Positions 39,031 to 43,636 of a stretch of DNA of 43,636 nt are shown here, piece by piece. Where the stretch lies: positions 1-43,636 of the forward strand of contig CAZOYH010000001.1 in NCBI GenBank assembly GCA_964583995.1, in the 5' to 3' direction. The translations under genes and the position numbers were made by a program. Position 1 is the stretch's first letter. Each line of letters starts with the position of its first letter. Source of the DNA: an uncultured Methanobrevibacter sp. GTDB taxonomy: Archaea; Methanobacteriota; Methanobacteria; Methanobacteriales; Methanobacteriaceae. Below the pieces are notes generated by a model that saw nothing but the letters and a program-made list of their open reading frames with translations, did no database searches and had not been told where the DNA came from.

Positions 39031-39064
39031 GTTTTGAGTTTTAAACTCAAAACCTTTTTTTTTT
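39031..39064 (+). terminator. Palindrome plus T10 tract after the adhesin gene
   Basis: GTTTTGAGTTT-T-AAACTCAAAAC (39031-39053) followed by a run of T. Confidence 0.7.
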
Positions 39065-39095
39065 AATTTTTAACTTTAAGGAGAGAATTACATCA

Positions 39096-39800
39096 ATGAG
39101 TCCAATTATCGAATTTAAAAAGGTGATTAAAGAATATAAATCTGGAAATCATACTTTAAAAGCAATGGATAATGTTAGTTTTACAATTGACGAAGGAGAA
39201 TTTGTTGTAATTCTTGGACCATCAGGAGCGGGAAAATCAACTCTTTTAAATCTTCTGGGTGGACTTGATTGTGTAACCAATGGTGAAATCATTGTAAACA
39301 ACCAGAATGTTGAAAACTTCAATGACAATCAGCTGACAGAATACCGAGCAAAAAACGTTGGATTTATCTTTCAGTTCTATAACCTGATTCCGAATTTAAC
39401 TGCCCTTGAAAACGTTGAGCTGATGAGGGATATTGTTGATGTGGACATTGATGGACTTGAGGTCTTGGATTCGGTTGGACTTAAAAACCATGCAAATCAG
39501 TTTCCAGCACAATTATCAGGTGGAGAACAACAGAGAGTATCAATTGCAAGAGCTGTAGCTAAAAGTCCTACAATGCTTTTGTGTGATGAACCGACAGGTG
39601 CACTTGACTCAAAAACTGGCGTGCTGATTTTAAATCTCCTCCAGGATATGAGTAATAACCATAATACAACAGTTGTGATTGTAACCCACAACTCAATACT
39701 TGCAGAAGCTGCAGATAAGGTAATTAGAATAAAAAATGGTCAAATAGAAGATATAGTTGTTAATGAATGCCCTAAAAAAGTCGTTGACTTGGAATGGTGA
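39096..39800 (+). CDS. ABC transporter ATP-binding protein (LolD/MacB type)
   Basis: GPSGAGKS, FQFYNL, LSGGEQQR, CDEPTGALD, VTH. Confidence 0.95.
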   Translation: MSPIIEFKKVIKEYKSGNHTLKAMDNVSFTIDEGEFVVILGPSGAGKSTLLNLLGGLDCVTNGEIIVNNQNVENFNDNQLTEYRAKNVGFIFQFYNLIPNLTALENVELMRDIVDVDIDGLEVLDSVGLKNHANQFPAQLSGGEQQRVSIARAVAKSPTMLLCDEPTGALDSKTGVLILNLLQDMSNNHNTTVVIVTHNSILAEAADKVIRIKNGQIEDIVVNECPKKVVDLEW

Positions 39801-39804
39801 TGTT

Positions 39805-42075
39805 GTGCTAAAAAGAAAGATGTTAAGAGACATCAAAATGCATAAGACACAATTCATATCCATTTTTTTAATGGCATTTTTGGGTGTTTTTGTTTTTTCA
39901 GGTGTTAGTGGAGAGGCACTTGGCCTTGAAGCCAGTGTCAATCAGTTTTATGAAGATACCAACCTAGCAGATGGATGGATTTATTCACCTTATCTGAATG
40001 ACATGTTTGTATACAATGTTGACATGCTTGGTGCAACCAACCAGATGGAAAGACAAGTGGTAATGGACTCGCAGGTGGACTTTGAAAACAAGCCAGATGT
40101 TACGTTGCACTTTGTTGAAAACAACACGATATCAAAATTTTATTTAATGGAAGGTAGCCCATTAAATATCAATGATTCAAATGGAGTATGGTTGGATAAA
40201 AGCTTTGCCGATGCCAAGGGGCTTGAAGTTGGAGACAACATTACGTTCACATTTGAGGGTTATGAGATTACAAAGACAATAAGGGGTCTTGGATACTCGC
40301 CGGAGTATGTCTATCATGCATCACAGTATTCTGTATTGCCTGATTTCAACAAAATAGGTTTTGCTTATCTCTCGCATAAGGCATTTCCAAGTGACGATGT
40401 ACCATACAATGTTTTAAATGTTAAATTTAAAGGAGATGCAGAAACTTATGGTGAGTTATTGTCTTATCGTTTAGATGGATATTATGCCACTTTTCTTCAA
40501 AAATCCGAACATACAAGTGTAAGTCAATTTACAAATCAGATTACGCTGCAGAAAATGATGGGAGACATTTTTCCATTTGTATTTATTCTGGTTGCAATGT
40601 TGATACTTCTAACAACAATGACAAGGATTATTTCGCACCAAAGAACACAAATTGGTATCCTTAAAGCTAATGGATTTAAAAACAGTTCCATAATTTGGCA
40701 TTATTTGTCTTATGGTTTCTGGATGGTTCTGTTGGGATCTCTCTTGGGTTTGATTTTAGGGCCTATGGCATTGCCCAATTTGGTTTATCCTGTAATGAAA
40801 CATATATTCATATTGCCTTCATGGAAAGTGGTTTGGAGTATGGATTTTGTTTATATGGCTATCTTGATGATTATAATGTCTTTGGCTGTTTCATACTATT
40901 CAGCCAAAAGTATTTCAGATGAAAGTCCCTCACAGTCTATTAGGGCTAAATCTCCTAATACATTCAAAAAAGGTTTCATCGAAAGATGTGGTTTTTGGTC
41001 TAAACTGTCATTCAATATACGCTGGAATTATCGTGATGCCAGAAGAAATAAATCCAGGTCATTGATGACTATAATTGGGATAATAGGTTGCACTTCACTT
41101 TTGATATGTGCATTCGGTCTGAATGATTCAATGAATGAGCTGACAGAATGGAACTTTGAATATATTAATCATTATGATTCTGAACTGATTATAGATAGCG
41201 ATGCCGACTCATCTGCAGTTGATGAAGTTGCAAAAGAGGTTAATGGTGAGAAGATTATGAAAACCGTCATTGAAATTGAATCATCGACAGTTAAAAAGCA
41301 TGGTACGCTTTTAGTTTTGGATGGGGGAGATCAGATAACGCCAACCGATGATGACTGGAACAGAGTTGAAATAGGGGATGATGAATTTTCCATGTCCAGA
41401 AAGATGGCAGAACTTTTAGGTGTTGGTGTTGGCGATACTGTAAGATGGCATTTGATGGACTCAAACAGATGGATTGAAATAAAAATAGATAAAATTCATG
41501 CAGATCCAAATACTCAAGGATTGGTCATGTCAAAGGATAAGCTTGAGGATTTGGGTTTGAATTATACTCCAACAAGTATTATGACATCGGAGCATGTTGA
41601 TAAAAATTATTCTGCAATAAAATCTTATACCCATAAGGAATCCCGAATCGGAAGTTGGCAGGGACTTATACAAGCTGCATGGTTACTGATATATATCCTA
41701 ACTGCATTTGCATCCATTCTAGCAGTGATTGTACTTTATAACTTAGGGCTGTTGTCATTTACGGAAATAGAAAAGGAAATTGCTACATTAAAGATTTTGG
41801 GATTTAAAACGAAGACCTTAAGAAAGCTGTTATTGACTCAAAACCTGTGGTTTACAACAATCGGATTCATTTTAGGTGTTCCTATAGGAAGTTTTATCCT
41901 AAAAACAATATGGAAGTCATCAGGAGATTCATATTACTTGATACCTTCCATATCTATTACAACATTGATTATAACAGGAATAATTACATTTTCCCTATCC
42001 ATAATTGTTAACTTGATGTTTTCAGGCAAAATCAAAAAGTTGGACATGGTTGAAACGCTTAAAAATGGAGAATAA
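39805..42075 (+). CDS. FtsX/MacB-like ABC transporter permease (duplicated FtsX domains)
   Basis: QRTQIGILKA.G and E.EKEIATLK.LGF motifs; two TM blocks with large extracellular loops; GTG start at 39805 after GGTGA preferred over the track start. Confidence 0.92.
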   Translation: MLKRKMLRDIKMHKTQFISIFLMAFLGVFVFSGVSGEALGLEASVNQFYEDTNLADGWIYSPYLNDMFVYNVDMLGATNQMERQVVMDSQVDFENKPDVTLHFVENNTISKFYLMEGSPLNINDSNGVWLDKSFADAKGLEVGDNITFTFEGYEITKTIRGLGYSPEYVYHASQYSVLPDFNKIGFAYLSHKAFPSDDVPYNVLNVKFKGDAETYGELLSYRLDGYYATFLQKSEHTSVSQFTNQITLQKMMGDIFPFVFILVAMLILLTTMTRIISHQRTQIGILKANGFKNSSIIWHYLSYGFWMVLLGSLLGLILGPMALPNLVYPVMKHIFILPSWKVVWSMDFVYMAILMIIMSLAVSYYSAKSISDESPSQSIRAKSPNTFKKGFIERCGFWSKLSFNIRWNYRDARRNKSRSLMTIIGIIGCTSLLICAFGLNDSMNELTEWNFEYINHYDSELIIDSDADSSAVDEVAKEVNGEKIMKTVIEIESSTVKKHGTLLVLDGGDQITPTDDDWNRVEIGDDEFSMSRKMAELLGVGVGDTVRWHLMDSNRWIEIKIDKIHADPNTQGLVMSKDKLEDLGLNYTPTSIMTSEHVDKNYSAIKSYTHKESRIGSWQGLIQAAWLLIYILTAFASILAVIVLYNLGLLSFTEIEKEIATLKILGFKTKTLRKLLLTQNLWFTTIGFILGVPIGSFILKTIWKSSGDSYYLIPSISITTLIITGIITFSLSIIVNLMFSGKIKKLDMVETLKNGE

Positions 42076-42082
42076 TTAATAC

Positions 42083-43512
42083 CTATTTTTTGCCTAAAAT
42101 CTCTTTGATTATGTGTTTATCGTCCTTGTCGAATGCTCCTAAAAGGTATATCAACGGGAAATATATTACAATTCCAATAGGGATTGCCAGCCACATGTTT
42201 GGGGTTATGAAATTAAAGAGAACTCCTAAAATTAAAGATCCTACAATTATTTTGACTATGTCAAAATAGAGATTTTTGTTGAAACCGTGACCGAGTCTAT
42301 AAATTACGATTCTCTGTATTACAAGGATTAATGCATAACTTATGATTGTCGAAATCGCAGCACCATAATATGAAAAAAATGGAATGAAAATTAGATTCAG
42401 GCAACGTTGATGATTGCTCCAAATATATAAATCTTATTAACGACAATTTCCTTGTGAGACGAATTCAACAGGTTGGTTCCAGGTGCCAGAACAAACAAAA
42501 GACTGACTGTCCAAATCAAAATAGGCAATACTGTTGAAGCCGCTTCATATTCAAATCCATAAATCAACTGGATTAGGGAGGGTGAATAAATTACAATCAG
42601 AACACTGAATAGGATTATAAGCATCAGAAGATATTTAACTGATTTTTCATAGCTCAATATCAATAATTCTTCATGCCTTTTGAAAAGTTTACTCATTACA
42701 GGAAAGATTACTGCACTATAAACCGAAACCAAAAGATTCTGCACGGGAATTAATTTATATACTGCATTGTATATTCCGGCTGCATAGTTTCCAACAAGTT
42801 TTTCAAGCATTATGATGTCAATGAAGTAATTTGCAGAATATAAAATCCCTGTAATTGCAAATGGTATGGATAGCATTGTGATTTTTTTACAAAAATACCT
42901 GTCAAACTCATATTTGGGAGTGATAATGTTATTTGTTAAGGTATAATAGAGATAAGCCAAGGTAATCAGATTGGCTAGAATATATGATATGGCAATTCCA
43001 AAGATACCTATGTCTGTGTGAATTGTGATTATGATGAAAACCAAAAGGATTACGTGCAGAATGCTTTCAGCGATACCCTGATATTTGACTTCTTCAAATG
43101 CCTGAAATGCTCCTTTAAGTAGATTAATGAAAGATAGGATTATAGTTGCAATTGCAAAAAGCAGTGTAACTTTAATTGTAATTTCATTGCATTGCATCAA
43201 AAATAGAATTACTCATGTTAAAATTAACGTTGCAGCGGCGAAAACTGATTTTAGAGGAATTGCATTGCCTAGATATTTTGAGGCAATGTTGTTGTCTGTT
43301 GCTACATTTCTCACGATATGAGTATTTATTCCAAAATCGGCTATGATGATTAATATTCCAGTTAGAGAAATTGCAAAACCGTAAATGCCATATTCACCAA
43401 CGCCCAGATATCTAGCTATCACTATTGTTCATATGAATACGCATAATGTAACAATAATCTGTGAAAATACCAGCCAGTTCATATTTGCAAAAATCTTTTT
43501 TACACTACTCAT
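42083..43512 (-). pseudogene. Wzx-type polysaccharide/oligosaccharide flippase, disrupted
   Basis: ATG 43512 MSSVKKIFANMNW...FI*TIVIARYLGV..YG; in-frame TGA at 43429-43431 and 43213-43215; frameshift near 42400 after which LNLIFIPFFSYYGAAIST...AFDKDDKHIIKEILGKK* continues to 42083. Confidence 0.88.
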
Positions 43513-43636
43513 GCAATCCTCTTAAAAAATTTATACTGCTTAATTTGACTTCCAGAGTTGGACTGAATTACTTAAAAATATAATATTGATTAAATTTTTG
43601 AGAGTTATATTATAAATTCATAATTGGTAAATATTA

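Overview
AT-rich chromosomal segment of a methanogenic archaeon of the order Methanobacteriales, most likely Methanobrevibacter. This is inferred from the archaeal housekeeping genes (GGGP synthase, L40e, Tsr3, NurA-HerA-Mre11-Rad50), a MurD-like ligase consistent with pseudomurein synthesis, an adhesin-like protein with the typical VSAVSA signal peptide, and DUF1890/DUF1894. Most of the window is core genome: Mo metabolism (three tandem mop genes, moaE), nadM, the double-strand-break resection operon, a cell-wall cluster (Mur ligase, VanW-like protein, NTP transferase), hypAB, tRNA-Ala(GGC), a MetE-type methyltransferase, an ABC exporter and a decayed flippase. The least explained parts are: (i) an accessory patch at about 3.8-8.4 kb with a structured locus encoding an unannotated 31-aa hydrophobic peptide whose ribosome-binding site is hairpin-sequestered (type I toxin-antitoxin-like architecture), a broken ferredoxin fusion, an adhesin stub and a 753-aa HD-phosphohydrolase fused to four RyR repeats; and (ii) a divergent cluster at 21.7-28.6 kb with a UvrD helicase plus Fe-S RecB-type nuclease (split AddAB-like) facing an Hrq1/MrfA-type helicase fused to TPRs, with a perfect palindrome between them. 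All family calls come from motif recognition by eye; no database search was run.
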